Shown here: piece by piece, positions 9,656 through 19,322 of the stretch
Numbering within the stretch: the first letter of the stretch is position 1
Layout of the letters: every line of letters starts with the position of its first letter
DNA from: an uncultured Candidatus Saccharibacteria bacterium
Lineage (GTDB): Bacteria; Patescibacteriota; Minisyncoccia; UBA6257; 2-01-FULL-56-20
Length of the DNA stretch: 64,000 nt
Assembly: GCA_965231155.1 (NCBI GenBank)
Contig: OZ246418.1
Span: 498,496-562,495 of the forward strand
Reading direction: 5' to 3'
Position numbers and translations under genes: made by a program
The notes under the pieces: model-generated
Seen by the model: the letters and a program-made list of their open reading frames with translations, nothing else
Told to the model about the DNA's origin: nothing
Database searches by the model: none

Positions 9656-9699
9656 GTCGTCTTTTTTGCGCTTTGAAGACCTTATGATAAGGTTTTGAG

Positions 9700-10920
9700 A
9701 TGGATCGATCGTCTCTTTATAAAAAGCTCCCAGAGACACCTGGTGTGTATCTCATGAAGGATGAAAAAGACCGTCTGCTGTATGTGGGCAAGGCGGGTAA
9801 TTTACGACGTCGCGTGTCGAGTTATTTCACACGACCTCACGATAATCGAATCCAAAAACTTGTTGAAGAAATCGATCATATTGAACATCGTACAACCGAC
9901 ACAGCTATTGAGGCTTTGGTCTTAGAGGCGGAACTCATAAAAAAATACGAACCTCCCTTTAATATTAGAGAGAAGGATGGCAAAAGTTTTCTTTTTGTGG
10001 GTATCACGCGCGAGACTTTTCCTCGGGTGTCACTCGTACGAGGCAAGGATCTGGATAAGAAGGATAAGAAGTGGCGGAAAACGTTTGGTCCATTTACGGC
10101 TGCTTCCAGCTTGCGAGAGGCTTTGCGGATTTTGAGAAAAGTTTTTCCGTTCAATACTCATGATCCTGATAAAAAATACACTCGTCCGTGTTTTGACTAT
10201 CAGTTGGGACTTTGCCCTGGTCTATGTGCGCATAGTATATCACGCGCCGAGTATTCAAAAACTTTGCGGAATCTTATTTTGTTTTTAAGTGGAGAGAAAA
10301 AGAAGATTATCACTCAGTTACAAAAAGAGATGAAACTGGCCAGTCGAAATCTAGAGTTCGAAAAAGCTCAGAAGTTACAGCGTCAACTTTTTGCTCTGGA
10401 ACACATTCAGGATGTCGCGTTGATTTCTGAGGGTGAGATCTCTGGAGGAGAGTTTGTTGACAGGGGAGATTATCGCATTGAGGGATATGATATTTCTAAT
10501 ATTTCTGGAATGTCAGCAGTTGGTTCGATGGTAGTGGCAGTGAATGGACGGATGGCTCCAGAAGAGTATCGCAAGTTTAAGATTCGCACAGTTCAGGGAG
10601 CGAACGATGTGGGGATGATGGCTGAGGTTTTAGAACGTCGCTTTAGTAATAAGTGGCCATTACCGCAACTCCTACTCATGGATGGAGGTGCTCCTCAGGT
10701 CAATGCAGCCAGAAAAGTTTTGCAAAAGTTGAAACTGAGTATTCCGGTTGTTGGTTTGGCAAAGGGGCCAGAAAGGAAACGGAATGATACTATTGGATTA
10801 ATTCCTAGGGGGGTCAACTTAGAGACGTTAATCAAGGTTCGCGATGAGGCACATCGCTTTGCGATTTCATATCACAGGCAGATCCGAGCCCGTGAATTTA
10901 TTAATCATTCAGACAACTGA
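9700..10920 (+). CDS. uvrC: excinuclease ABC subunit C, short form lacking the C-terminal HhH region
   Basis: GIY-YIG nuclease motif (PGVYLMKD...LLYVGKAGNLRRRVSSYF), UVR domain (EFEKAQKLQRQLFALEHIQ) and the C-terminal endonuclease region (EGYDISNISGMSAVGSMVV...YRKFKIRT). At 406 aa it is well short of the roughly 600 aa of canonical UvrC. Confidence 0.85.
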   Translation: MDRSSLYKKLPETPGVYLMKDEKDRLLYVGKAGNLRRRVSSYFTRPHDNRIQKLVEEIDHIEHRTTDTAIEALVLEAELIKKYEPPFNIREKDGKSFLFVGITRETFPRVSLVRGKDLDKKDKKWRKTFGPFTAASSLREALRILRKVFPFNTHDPDKKYTRPCFDYQLGLCPGLCAHSISRAEYSKTLRNLILFLSGEKKKIITQLQKEMKLASRNLEFEKAQKLQRQLFALEHIQDVALISEGEISGGEFVDRGDYRIEGYDISNISGMSAVGSMVVAVNGRMAPEEYRKFKIRTVQGANDVGMMAEVLERRFSNKWPLPQLLLMDGGAPQVNAARKVLQKLKLSIPVVGLAKGPERKRNDTIGLIPRGVNLETLIKVRDEAHRFAISYHRQIRAREFINHSDN

Positions 10921-10932
10921 TTTAAGTAATCC

Positions 10933-11412
10933 ATGAAGAAGAGAGAAGTAGTTCTTATTCTTGATAATATTCGTAGTCTTCATAATGTGGGTTCTATTTT
11001 TCGTACTGCTGATGGTGTTGGTGTAAAAAAGATTTATCTCCTTGGGATCACACCAGAACCAGTCGACTTGTTGGGGAGAGTTCGTGGACCCATTGCCAAG
11101 GTCGCCTTGGGGGCTGAGGGGATAGTCCCGTGGGAAAAAATTAGTTCATTTTCTCGCCTTGCGAAAGAACTTCGCGCTGATGGGTATGGTATTTGTGCTC
11201 TTGAGCAAGCGAAGACTTCAGTCGATTATCGAAAACTACCGAGGAAAATACAGAAGATTGCGTTGGTCCTCGGAAACGAAGTTGAAGGGGTCTCGAAAGC
11301 GATTCTTAGGAGTTCTGATTTTATACTGGAAATTCCTATGGTTGGAGAAAAAGAATCTTTGAATGTGAGTGTTTCGGCAGGGATAGCACTGTTTCGTTTA
11401 GTCTACCCATAA
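10933..11412 (+). CDS. SpoU/TrmH-family RNA 2'-O-methyltransferase (SPOUT fold)
   Basis: 159 aa. VVLILDNIRSLHNVGSIFRTADGVGV, ALVLGNEVEGVS and the C-terminal knot motif LNVSVSAGIALF are present. Size and motifs resemble TrmL/TrmH. Confidence 0.75.
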   Translation: MKKREVVLILDNIRSLHNVGSIFRTADGVGVKKIYLLGITPEPVDLLGRVRGPIAKVALGAEGIVPWEKISSFSRLAKELRADGYGICALEQAKTSVDYRKLPRKIQKIALVLGNEVEGVSKAILRSSDFILEIPMVGEKESLNVSVSAGIALFRLVYP

Positions 11413-11428
11413 GTATATAATTGTTACT

Positions 11429-11905
11429 ATGAAGTGGTTTTTCTTTCTCTTTGGACTTCTTTTCCTTATTTTTTTGGCGAGTTTTTTTTGGCTCAAGCAT
11501 GGTCGTTCGTCAGAGCCTCTCCAGTCTGGGCAGTTGAGGATAGATAGTGATGTTATCAATATCGAAATCGCTTCTTCCTCTTTAGCTCGCGAGAGGGGAT
11601 TGTCTGGTCGAGATAATCTTCCGAAAGACCATGGTCTTCTTTTTATCTTTCCGATCACCGCCCGTTATGGTTTTTGGATGCGAGATATGAACTTTGCTAT
11701 CGATATGGTTTGGATTCGGGGCGACAAGGTTGTCGGAGTGACTTCTGATGTGCAACCACAAACAAATACACCAATCTGGAAATTATCAGTTTTCTACCCA
11801 CCGGAAGCTGTTGATAAGGTTCTGGAGGTGCCTGCTGGAACTGTAGCTAGCCATGGATGGCAGGCAGGGAGTCTTGTTGTTTTTCCTTCCAGTACGGTAC
11901 AATAA
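11429..11905 (+). CDS. DUF192-family protein (COG1430), N-terminal TM/signal
   Basis: 158 aa. Hydrophobic N-terminus, then the DUF192-like core (LLFIFP...MRDMNFAIDMVWI..DKVVGV...PAGT). Confidence 0.55.
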   Translation: MKWFFFLFGLLFLIFLASFFWLKHGRSSEPLQSGQLRIDSDVINIEIASSSLARERGLSGRDNLPKDHGLLFIFPITARYGFWMRDMNFAIDMVWIRGDKVVGVTSDVQPQTNTPIWKLSVFYPPEAVDKVLEVPAGTVASHGWQAGSLVVFPSSTVQ

Positions 11906-11910
11906 ACAGT

Positions 11911-12234
11911 ATGGAATCTATGGAAAAAATACCTGTTTCGCGATCTTTTCCGGATGACGAGAAGGAGTTTCGCTTGGATCGTGAATACTCTCTCATATTG
12001 AAAGTTGGAGAAGGGCAGGAGGCGAGTTTTAAGGCTAATTGTTTTCGAGAGAATGGCCGACTGCAGTGTCATATCAACAAAGACGGTCATTCATTGGACT
12101 TCTATCAGTTTGGGGTTGATGAATACAATCCAGAGAATGATTCTTACGTTGTTTCCCTTCGTTCACGAGAGCCTGGCCAGGAAGATTGGATAGCGAAGGT
12201 GGAATTTTCGAATCCTGATCGTAAGGTACACTAA
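11911..12234 (+). CDS. hypothetical protein
   Basis: ORF track gives 11857..12234. The first in-frame ATG after the upstream stop is at 11911 (MESMEKIPVS...). No recognisable family. Confidence 0.4.
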   Translation: MESMEKIPVSRSFPDDEKEFRLDREYSLILKVGEGQEASFKANCFRENGRLQCHINKDGHSLDFYQFGVDEYNPENDSYVVSLRSREPGQEDWIAKVEFSNPDRKVH

Positions 12235-12251
12235 TTTTCTTATAAAATTTT

Positions 12252-13277
12252 ATGGTGCGTGTTGCTATAAATGGTTTTGGCAGAATTGGTCGGTTGTTTT
12301 TACGGCAGGCTTTGCGTAGGCCAGAGTTGTCGATAGTAGCTATTAATGATCTTGGTGATCTTGAGAATCTCGCCTATCTTTTCAAATACGATACAGTCTA
12401 TGGGAGGATTACTGATGAGGTGCGTGGGGATACTGCGACGGGTGAGTTGGTGATCGGTGGTCAGCGAATAAAAGTTTTACAGGTCAAGGATCCAGCAATG
12501 TTGCCTTGGAAAGATATGGCAATTGATATTGTTGTTGAGTCAACGGGACTTTTTGAGTCTTTCGAGAAAGTGAAATCGCATATTGTGGCAGGTGCCAAAC
12601 GAGCAGTACTTACTGCACCAGCAAAAGATGGAGAGGGGGAGGGAAGGACTGTGCTTATGGGCGTGAACGAAGACATTTTAAAGGACATCGTAATTTCTTC
12701 GAATGCTTCTTGTACCACGAACTCGGTTTCTCCCGTAATGACCGTTTTGGCTGATAATCCAGGAATTCTGAAGGCAGTTTTAGGAACGGTTCATGCCATG
12801 ACTTCAACGCAGGGTTTGGCTGACGGGCCAGTACGTGGTGGACATGATTTTCGACGAGGCCGTGCGGCGCCACATAATATTGCTCCATCGACAACCGGTG
12901 CGGCTATTGCCGTTACTCGGGCAGTTCCATCTCTCGAGGGAAAGTTCGATGGCTTAGCTTACCGTGTCCCAGTAGTCACGGGGTCAATGTCTGATATTAC
13001 TTTTTTGGCTGCTCGGAAGACGACTGCTGAGGAAATTAATAAGATCCTGACTGAGGCCTCTCAAGCGCCACGATGGCAGGGTATTCTCAAAGTAACTAAT
13101 GATCAGATTGTTTCTTCCGATATTATTGGCGAACCGTACGGGGCAATCGTTGATCTATCGCTGACTAAGGTTATTGATGGTGATTTAGTGAAGGTTATCT
13201 CCTGGTATGACAATGAGTATGGATATGTTTCAACGCTGACTCGGCACGTCTTGAAGATTGCTTCTTTTCTCCAGTAA
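12252..13277 (+). CDS. gap: glyceraldehyde-3-phosphate dehydrogenase
   Basis: MVRVAINGFGRIGRLFLRQA Rossmann motif and the active-site SCTTNS region, with the characteristic WYDNEYGY near the C-terminus. 341 aa. Confidence 0.9.
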   Translation: MVRVAINGFGRIGRLFLRQALRRPELSIVAINDLGDLENLAYLFKYDTVYGRITDEVRGDTATGELVIGGQRIKVLQVKDPAMLPWKDMAIDIVVESTGLFESFEKVKSHIVAGAKRAVLTAPAKDGEGEGRTVLMGVNEDILKDIVISSNASCTTNSVSPVMTVLADNPGILKAVLGTVHAMTSTQGLADGPVRGGHDFRRGRAAPHNIAPSTTGAAIAVTRAVPSLEGKFDGLAYRVPVVTGSMSDITFLAARKTTAEEINKILTEASQAPRWQGILKVTNDQIVSSDIIGEPYGAIVDLSLTKVIDGDLVKVISWYDNEYGYVSTLTRHVLKIASFLQ

Positions 13278-13280
13278 TTT

Positions 13281-14270
13281 GTGTCTAAAAATTCTCTCGC
13301 TTTTATTCTCTTTGTCCTTTTCGTCTTGGGGGTGTCTTTCAGTGTTGTAAGATTTGGTTCTTTCGCAGAGGAGATTGCCTTACCGAAAAAAGTAGATAAG
13401 GGACAAGTGGAACTTCTTTTCGTGGGAGACATTATGCTGTCTCGTTCGGTAGGTGATCGAATGATTCGGAAAAATGATTTTCGGTTTCCATTTTTATATG
13501 TAGCTTCGACTACCAGTCAGGCGGATATTGCTTTTGCCAATTTGGAAACGAGCATCTCTTCTCGTGGTAAGGACCAGGGGAGTATCTATTCTTTTCGATC
13601 AGATCCGCGAGTTCTTGAGGGATTAACGTTTGCTGGGTTTGATGTATTATCGGTGGCCAATAATCATATTTGGGATTGGGGATCTGAAGCCTTAGTCGAC
13701 ACACTCGATCTTTTAAAGAAGAATGATATCCAGCCAGTTGGTGCAGGGAGAAATGAAATGGAAGCCAACGCGCCGGTTTTTCTCACCCGCAAGAATACGA
13801 AGTTTGCGTTTTTTGCCTATACCAATCTAATGCCTCGAGGTTTAGAAGCTGGAGCTGATACTCCTGGACTCAGTCATTCTAATCAGGAAAGTATTTTAAG
13901 TGCCATTCGTGCGGTACGTGCCCAGGCAGACATCATCATCGTTTCCTTTCACTGGGGAGAGGAGTATGAACATCAGGCGAATAGCTTGCAACGATCTTTG
14001 GCTCGTCAGATGGTGGAGGCTGGGGCAGACTTGGTGGTTGGTCATCATCCGCACGTTGTCCAGGAGTTGGAGCAATATAAAGCAGTTACGGGATCTTCAG
14101 ATCGTACAGGATGGATTGCCTATAGTTTGGGGAATTTTGTATTTGATCAGAGTTTTTCGACATCAACAATGACGGGGATGGCACTTTTTGCTTCGGTGCG
14201 AGATGGGAAAATTATTAACGTAAGTAGTCGCACGGTAGCCATTAATACCGTCTCCCAGCCTTCTTTCTAA
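13281..14270 (+). CDS. CapA-family metallophosphoesterase (poly-gamma-glutamate capsule biosynthesis-like)
   Basis: N-terminal TM anchor. CapA signature blocks are present: LLFVGDIMLSR, ADIAFANLE, GFDVLSVANNHIWDWG, GAGRN, VSFHWGEEYE, VVGHHPHVVQ. Confidence 0.75.
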   Translation: MSKNSLAFILFVLFVLGVSFSVVRFGSFAEEIALPKKVDKGQVELLFVGDIMLSRSVGDRMIRKNDFRFPFLYVASTTSQADIAFANLETSISSRGKDQGSIYSFRSDPRVLEGLTFAGFDVLSVANNHIWDWGSEALVDTLDLLKKNDIQPVGAGRNEMEANAPVFLTRKNTKFAFFAYTNLMPRGLEAGADTPGLSHSNQESILSAIRAVRAQADIIIVSFHWGEEYEHQANSLQRSLARQMVEAGADLVVGHHPHVVQELEQYKAVTGSSDRTGWIAYSLGNFVFDQSFSTSTMTGMALFASVRDGKIINVSSRTVAINTVSQPSF

Positions 14271-14323
14271 TAGTTGCGAGAGAGGTTCTTGGTCTTGTTC
14301 TGTGGAAACGGTATAATAAAAGA

Positions 14324-15730
14324 ATGAAATTCCGATTTGTAGTTTCGTTTCTATTATGTTCAGTTTTACTGACACCAGTGGTGCGTGCCGATGAGTTTTC
14401 CTCATTACAACAACAGATACTTTCACTTATCCAGCAAATTACTCGACTTCAATCGGATCTGACTAATCTAGAGAGAATTAGTCAGTTTTCATGTTTTACT
14501 TTAAATAGAAATCTGCAATTGGGAGATTCTGGTGATGATGTGGTTTTCCTTCAGACTTCTTTAGAGAAAGAGGGTTTTGATGTTGGCGGTGAGAAAGGAA
14601 AGAAAGAGTTTGGCGAGCTGACGGCTTCGGCGGTAAGTGGCTTCCAACAGAAACATAGTGCGCAGATCCTCACTCCTTTAGGGTTGAAGTACGGTACTGG
14701 TTTTGCGGGGAGTGGAACACGAGCTAAGCTCAATTCGTTGTACGGATGTGCGGCAAAGGCACCAGACCTAAGTCCTGGTCAGATTCAGCCGGTTCGTGCT
14801 TTAAAACATCTTACTATTCTAACTCCAAGTGGAGGTCAGGTATTAAACAATCCATTGAATATTTCGGGTTACGTAAATAGTAATGGTTGGATAGGAAACA
14901 ATGCTGGAACCGCAAAATTATTAGATACTACCGGATTATTGTTGGGACAGGCCTCTCTTCAACCAAAAACTGATGTTAGGTATAAGCCCGTTGCTTTCGA
15001 GGGGAAGATGTCATTCAGGATTCCTCGCATAGATACCGGAGTACTCATTTTCACAAGTCAAAATACCACTACCTTCCTTAGTGCTTCAGAGAAAGAAATC
15101 CGTTTGCCTGTGAAGTTCGCTCTTCCGAATAAGAATATTATCGTCAAAGCACCGCAAGCTGGAGAACAGTTGGTTGGTGGAGAGACGTTCACTGTGCAAT
15201 GGACATCAACTTCGACTGCGCCTGTGAGTCTTTATTTAATCAACACCACCTTAGAGGCTTTCGGTTCCGATCGGGCTCTATCTTGGAAGGCTGAAAATAT
15301 TCCTAATACACAGTTTTATCGAGGCACATTACCTACTGGTTTTTCCGGTAATTATCGTGTGCATGTTAATGATGGTTCAGGTTTCGGTACTAGCCCAACT
15401 TTTTATGTTTTCGACCGATCTCAGGTTGCTGGAAAATCACCGGCCATTATCGAGGTGACTGGTCCGACGAATTTGAAAATCAATCAGAAAGGTTCTTGGC
15501 AGGTGCGCGCTTCTGATCCCGACAAGGATGCGCTATCTTTTTCGGTTCTTTGGGGTGATGGTTCAGTAGGCACCCCAAATGTAAGTAGCCAGACTGACGA
15601 AGGGATTTGGTTGGCATCGTTTGAAAATCATAGTTATGCATTGAAATATAACTACCCCGTGACTTTTATGGTCACGGACAGTAAGGGTTTGAGTACTCAG
15701 AAGGTTCTTACGGTTAAGGTGGCTCCCTAA
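14324..15730 (+). CDS. secreted protein with a peptidoglycan-binding (PG_binding_1-like) domain and Ig-like beta domains
   Basis: Signal peptide (MKFRFVVSFLLCSVLLTPVVRA). LQLGDSGDDVVFLQTSLEKEGF...GEKGKKEFGELTASAVSGFQ matches the PGB1 helical-repeat pattern. The remainder is beta-rich. Confidence 0.5.
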   Translation: MKFRFVVSFLLCSVLLTPVVRADEFSSLQQQILSLIQQITRLQSDLTNLERISQFSCFTLNRNLQLGDSGDDVVFLQTSLEKEGFDVGGEKGKKEFGELTASAVSGFQQKHSAQILTPLGLKYGTGFAGSGTRAKLNSLYGCAAKAPDLSPGQIQPVRALKHLTILTPSGGQVLNNPLNISGYVNSNGWIGNNAGTAKLLDTTGLLLGQASLQPKTDVRYKPVAFEGKMSFRIPRIDTGVLIFTSQNTTTFLSASEKEIRLPVKFALPNKNIIVKAPQAGEQLVGGETFTVQWTSTSTAPVSLYLINTTLEAFGSDRALSWKAENIPNTQFYRGTLPTGFSGNYRVHVNDGSGFGTSPTFYVFDRSQVAGKSPAIIEVTGPTNLKINQKGSWQVRASDPDKDALSFSVLWGDGSVGTPNVSSQTDEGIWLASFENHSYALKYNYPVTFMVTDSKGLSTQKVLTVKVAP

Positions 15731-15826
15731 ATGAGATAATCTCGTTGGGGATAACTTTTCTCATGGTTTCTTATGGGGGGGTATCATTAAAGTCATAAAA
15801 GTCATTAATTATAATCCTCTCGTTGT

Positions 15827-18115
15827 ATGAAAAAACCCCTTAGTGTGTTGTTGGTTGTTGGTGTTATGTTGCCAAGTTTTGCATCGGCTAGTGTCATTGG
15901 TGATGTTTTTTCCGGTTTAGCATCTATTCCAGAGCAGTTTTCTGCTCTGGTGCAGATATTTCAGATCAAGCGTCCTAGTTCCGCGTTAGGACTAGTAGAA
16001 TCATCTTACTCGACTTCTTCTCCTGAAACGGTGAGCTCGTCTTCGGTGGTAATCACCGGAGTTGATCTTCCTGCTACTATAAACGATGCTTCGCGTCTGA
16101 CTTATGGGATTTCTATAATGAATAATGGTCAGGCATCGGTTTCTGGCGTTTCTTTGTCTGCATATCTTTTACAAGAAATTAGTGGTCGAACTAGGAGATC
16201 ACCTGCGGGTGGGTCGGCGGTTCAGTGTGGTGGTGAGCGTCGTGGAGTTATTCCTCTCGGAGAGTGTCGTTTTTCATCTTCTACGTTTACCGTGAGGGGT
16301 AATGTAGGAACGGCCACTGCAGTTTTCGAGCTTCGAATGCAGTCGAATATTATCGCTGAATATCGTTTTCCGGTGACCATTGAAGCAAGACTAATAAAGA
16401 GGAATCTTTCAGTGATGAAGCAAGGATTAGGAAAAGGAAGTGTGACTAGTAATCCTTCTGGTATTGATTGCGGTCGAGATTGTATGGAGCAGTATGCTGT
16501 TTCGAGCAGTATTATTCTTACCGCTCAGCCTGAAGCGGGGAGTGTGTTTACTGGTTGGACGGGATGTGGCGTAGTGTCTTCTTCTCAGTGCGTTGTGATA
16601 ATGAGAGGTGCGGAACGAGTTACTGCTCGCTTTGATGTTCGTCCGATAGTTTCAACCAGCACAGTTACTCTTTCAGTGAGTAAAAATCCTGCTTTGACGC
16701 AGCCAACTTACCCTGCAAATCGGGGTAGTGCAAAAATTGGTTCATATACATTTACGGCATCGGCTTCGGAGGGAGTTAACCTCAATAGAATATCTATTGT
16801 TACTTTTGCCACTGGTTCATCGCCATTTGCAAACCTCCGGTTGATGGTTGGAAACACTCAGTTTGGTACTGTTATTCCCAGCCTAAGGCCATATGTAAGT
16901 TCTAGTTTTTCAGGTACTTTAAGCATCCCGCCAGGAGGAAATAGAACTGTTGATGTGTATGCAGATATTCTGAGTGGGCCTTTAGGTACCTATCCGACAG
17001 CGACAGCAGTGACTGATTGCACCGGACAGGGGGCAGCAACTTTTGCGAGCGTTTCTTGTCCCTATGTTGCCGGACAGGGAGTTGTCTTGGGAGGACAACC
17101 TAGTTTGGTTGTTACTATAGACGCCAGTTCACCTCCTAATGGGCAGTTAGTGATGGGCTCATCAAATAATCCCTTAGCTGTTTTTCGTTTTAATGAGGTT
17201 TCTAATCTTGAGGATATCAAAGTTACCTCACTCAATGTTTTCGACTCAGTGAGTTCGATTTCTTCTGTGAAACCTGCTTTTTCCAATCTGACTCTTTCTT
17301 ATTCAGGAGCTAATGAACTGACAGTTGCTTCTCCAGCGAGAGCTAGTACGAATGGAAGGGGATATTACTATACGTTCAATTTTGCCAATCCAATTATTGT
17401 TCCTCAGAATGGTTCAATTTTGGCTCTTCTGAAAGGTGATGTTGCTTCTTTTAGTAGTAGCGGAGCGACTGATAATACGACGCATGTGTTCAAGATTGCC
17501 ACTTCGACTGACTCTGACAATGACACAACAGCTGAGACAGTTAATGCTTATGGCAAGACTTCTAATGCATCTTCTTTTGTGAGTTTGAATTCTTCATTTG
17601 CGAGTACTCAGACGGTCCTCAGGAATAAGTTGACGGTGACTGCATCAGGGATTGGCCCAACGACAAGTCGAACGAAAAGTGCAGTTGATGACCTTGGTAC
17701 TATCAACTTTAGTGCCGATGCCACTGGCACAGGGAGTCTTCTCTTGGGATTAGTGAGAGTTACCTTAGCCGGATCAGCTTTAACGGGGCAACCTCTCAGT
17801 ACTTCTTCAATTAGCTTGTACGATCCAGTTTTAGGTTTGTCGTTTCCTCTCGTGTCTTTTGCTTCAAGCACGGCCGACTTTAATCTGAATGATTATCAGC
17901 TTGCCGCAGGTAGTACCAAAGATTATCGTTTACGATTAAATTCGACCTTGTTAGCTCCTGGTCAGCAGGGTATCTCCCAAACACTTTCAGCAAGAATCAA
18001 TTTTGCTACTGATGTGAGATATAAAACAGGGCCGACTGGAGGAAGTACGGTCAATCTTCTTCCCAGGGATGTTCCAATTATGATTAATTCGGTTTCTTAC
18101 ACTCCTGGGACTTAG
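15827..18115 (+). CDS. large secreted Ser/Thr-rich surface protein with an InlB-B-repeat-like module
   Basis: Signal peptide present. GKGSVTSNPSGIDCGRDCMEQYAVSSSIILTAQPEAGSVFTGWTGCG resembles the divergent InlB B-repeat (Flg_new-type) fold. The rest is low-complexity S/T-rich sequence. Confidence 0.45.
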   Translation: MKKPLSVLLVVGVMLPSFASASVIGDVFSGLASIPEQFSALVQIFQIKRPSSALGLVESSYSTSSPETVSSSSVVITGVDLPATINDASRLTYGISIMNNGQASVSGVSLSAYLLQEISGRTRRSPAGGSAVQCGGERRGVIPLGECRFSSSTFTVRGNVGTATAVFELRMQSNIIAEYRFPVTIEARLIKRNLSVMKQGLGKGSVTSNPSGIDCGRDCMEQYAVSSSIILTAQPEAGSVFTGWTGCGVVSSSQCVVIMRGAERVTARFDVRPIVSTSTVTLSVSKNPALTQPTYPANRGSAKIGSYTFTASASEGVNLNRISIVTFATGSSPFANLRLMVGNTQFGTVIPSLRPYVSSSFSGTLSIPPGGNRTVDVYADILSGPLGTYPTATAVTDCTGQGAATFASVSCPYVAGQGVVLGGQPSLVVTIDASSPPNGQLVMGSSNNPLAVFRFNEVSNLEDIKVTSLNVFDSVSSISSVKPAFSNLTLSYSGANELTVASPARASTNGRGYYYTFNFANPIIVPQNGSILALLKGDVASFSSSGATDNTTHVFKIATSTDSDNDTTAETVNAYGKTSNASSFVSLNSSFASTQTVLRNKLTVTASGIGPTTSRTKSAVDDLGTINFSADATGTGSLLLGLVRVTLAGSALTGQPLSTSSISLYDPVLGLSFPLVSFASSTADFNLNDYQLAAGSTKDYRLRLNSTLLAPGQQGISQTLSARINFATDVRYKTGPTGGSTVNLLPRDVPIMINSVSYTPGT

Positions 18116-18194
18116 AGAATAAAATATGAGTTTTTTCAAAAACAGCCCCTCCAAGGGACTGTTTTTGGTTTTGGTATGTTATAATTGTTTTATT

Positions 18195-18659
18195 ATGCAT
18201 ATTTATTTTGGAGCAGATCATCGAGGTTTTGCGACGAAGGAACGACTCAAAGAATTCGTGAAGGGAATGGGACACGAGGTGGAGGATATGGGGAATACTG
18301 TGTACAACGAAAATGATGATTACCCAGAGTTTGCTGCTAAGGTGGCCGAGAGGGTGAGTGCCGATCCTTCGGCGCGGGGTATTATTCTTTGTGGTTCGGG
18401 AGGTGGTGTGAACGTGGTGGCTAATAAGTTTCCTCGTGTTCGTTCGATGATTGGTGTTTCTTCTTTGCAGGTATATGCTGCTCGTCGTGATGATGATATG
18501 AATGTCTTGTGTTTGGCAGCCAGTTTTATGGCCGAGATCGAGGAGCAAGAAGCAGTGAAGATATTTCTGACTACCGATTTCTCCGGAGAGGAACGTCACC
18601 GTCGTCGCTTAGGAGAAGTGGAGGCTATCGAGCATAAGAATTTTGTACAAGGCCTATAG
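18195..18659 (+). CDS. rpiB: ribose-5-phosphate isomerase B (RpiB/LacAB family)
   Basis: ORF track gives 18126. The in-frame ATG at 18195 gives MHIYFGADHRGF... (family start pattern). ILCGSGGGVNVVANK and the DYPEFAAKVAE motifs are present. Confidence 0.8.
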   Translation: MHIYFGADHRGFATKERLKEFVKGMGHEVEDMGNTVYNENDDYPEFAAKVAERVSADPSARGIILCGSGGGVNVVANKFPRVRSMIGVSSLQVYAARRDDDMNVLCLAASFMAEIEEQEAVKIFLTTDFSGEERHRRRLGEVEAIEHKNFVQGL

Positions 18660-18665
18660 ACTATT

Positions 18666-19316
18666 ATGAAGGTTATTCCTTCGGTTAATTGTCATGACCT
18701 AGACGGCATCTTGGCTGTTTTCCATCGCCTAGAAAAGTTTTTGCCGGCGGGGAGTTCATTGCATCTTGATATCACTGATGCACGATTTACATTTAGTCGG
18801 ACGTGGGCTAATCCAGAAAGATGGCAGGGGATTCTGAAGCATCTGGCAGTGAAGGACGTAAAGTTCGAGGTGCATCTGATGGTTGAGGATCCAGAGGAGG
18901 TTCTGGAATCATGGTTGAAGGTAGGCGCGGAGCGGGCAATTGTTCACGTAGAGGCCATGACTGACTCAGCATTTATTCGAGAGACCTGTGAGTCGTATAA
19001 CGCTCAAGCAATGCTAGCCTTAAGTCCAGAAACTTCTGTAGAGCGACTGAATCCATATTTGAATACCTGGTCGGCGTTCCAAACATTGGCAGTGAATCCT
19101 GGTTTTGCCGGACAGAAATTTCTGCCGACAGTACTTTCGAAAATAAAATTTTTGAGAGAGCGAGTGCCGCATGCTATAATCGAAGTAGATGGTGGAATGA
19201 ATTTAGAAACTGCAATGTTAGTAAAGGCGTATGGTGCCGATACCATTGTGTCTGCTTCGTATGTATTAGATGCACATGATCCTGGCGGTGCGTTTCGAGA
19301 ATTACAAAGGATTTAA
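18666..19316 (+). CDS. rpe: ribulose-phosphate 3-epimerase
   Basis: 216 aa. IPSVNCHDL...LHLDITDARF...VHLMVEDP...VNPGFAGQKF...VDGGMN matches Rpe metal and phosphate-binding blocks (unusual but alignable substitutions). Confidence 0.75.
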   Translation: MKVIPSVNCHDLDGILAVFHRLEKFLPAGSSLHLDITDARFTFSRTWANPERWQGILKHLAVKDVKFEVHLMVEDPEEVLESWLKVGAERAIVHVEAMTDSAFIRETCESYNAQAMLALSPETSVERLNPYLNTWSAFQTLAVNPGFAGQKFLPTVLSKIKFLRERVPHAIIEVDGGMNLETAMLVKAYGADTIVSASYVLDAHDPGGAFRELQRI

Positions 19317-19322
19317 ATTACT

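Noticed and set aside
9700-10920. uvrC being a truncated pseudogene
   Set aside because: The ORF is intact with a clean stop and immediately followed by the next gene with RBS spacing. The missing part is the dispensable C-terminal HhH region, so this is a natural short form rather than a decayed gene.
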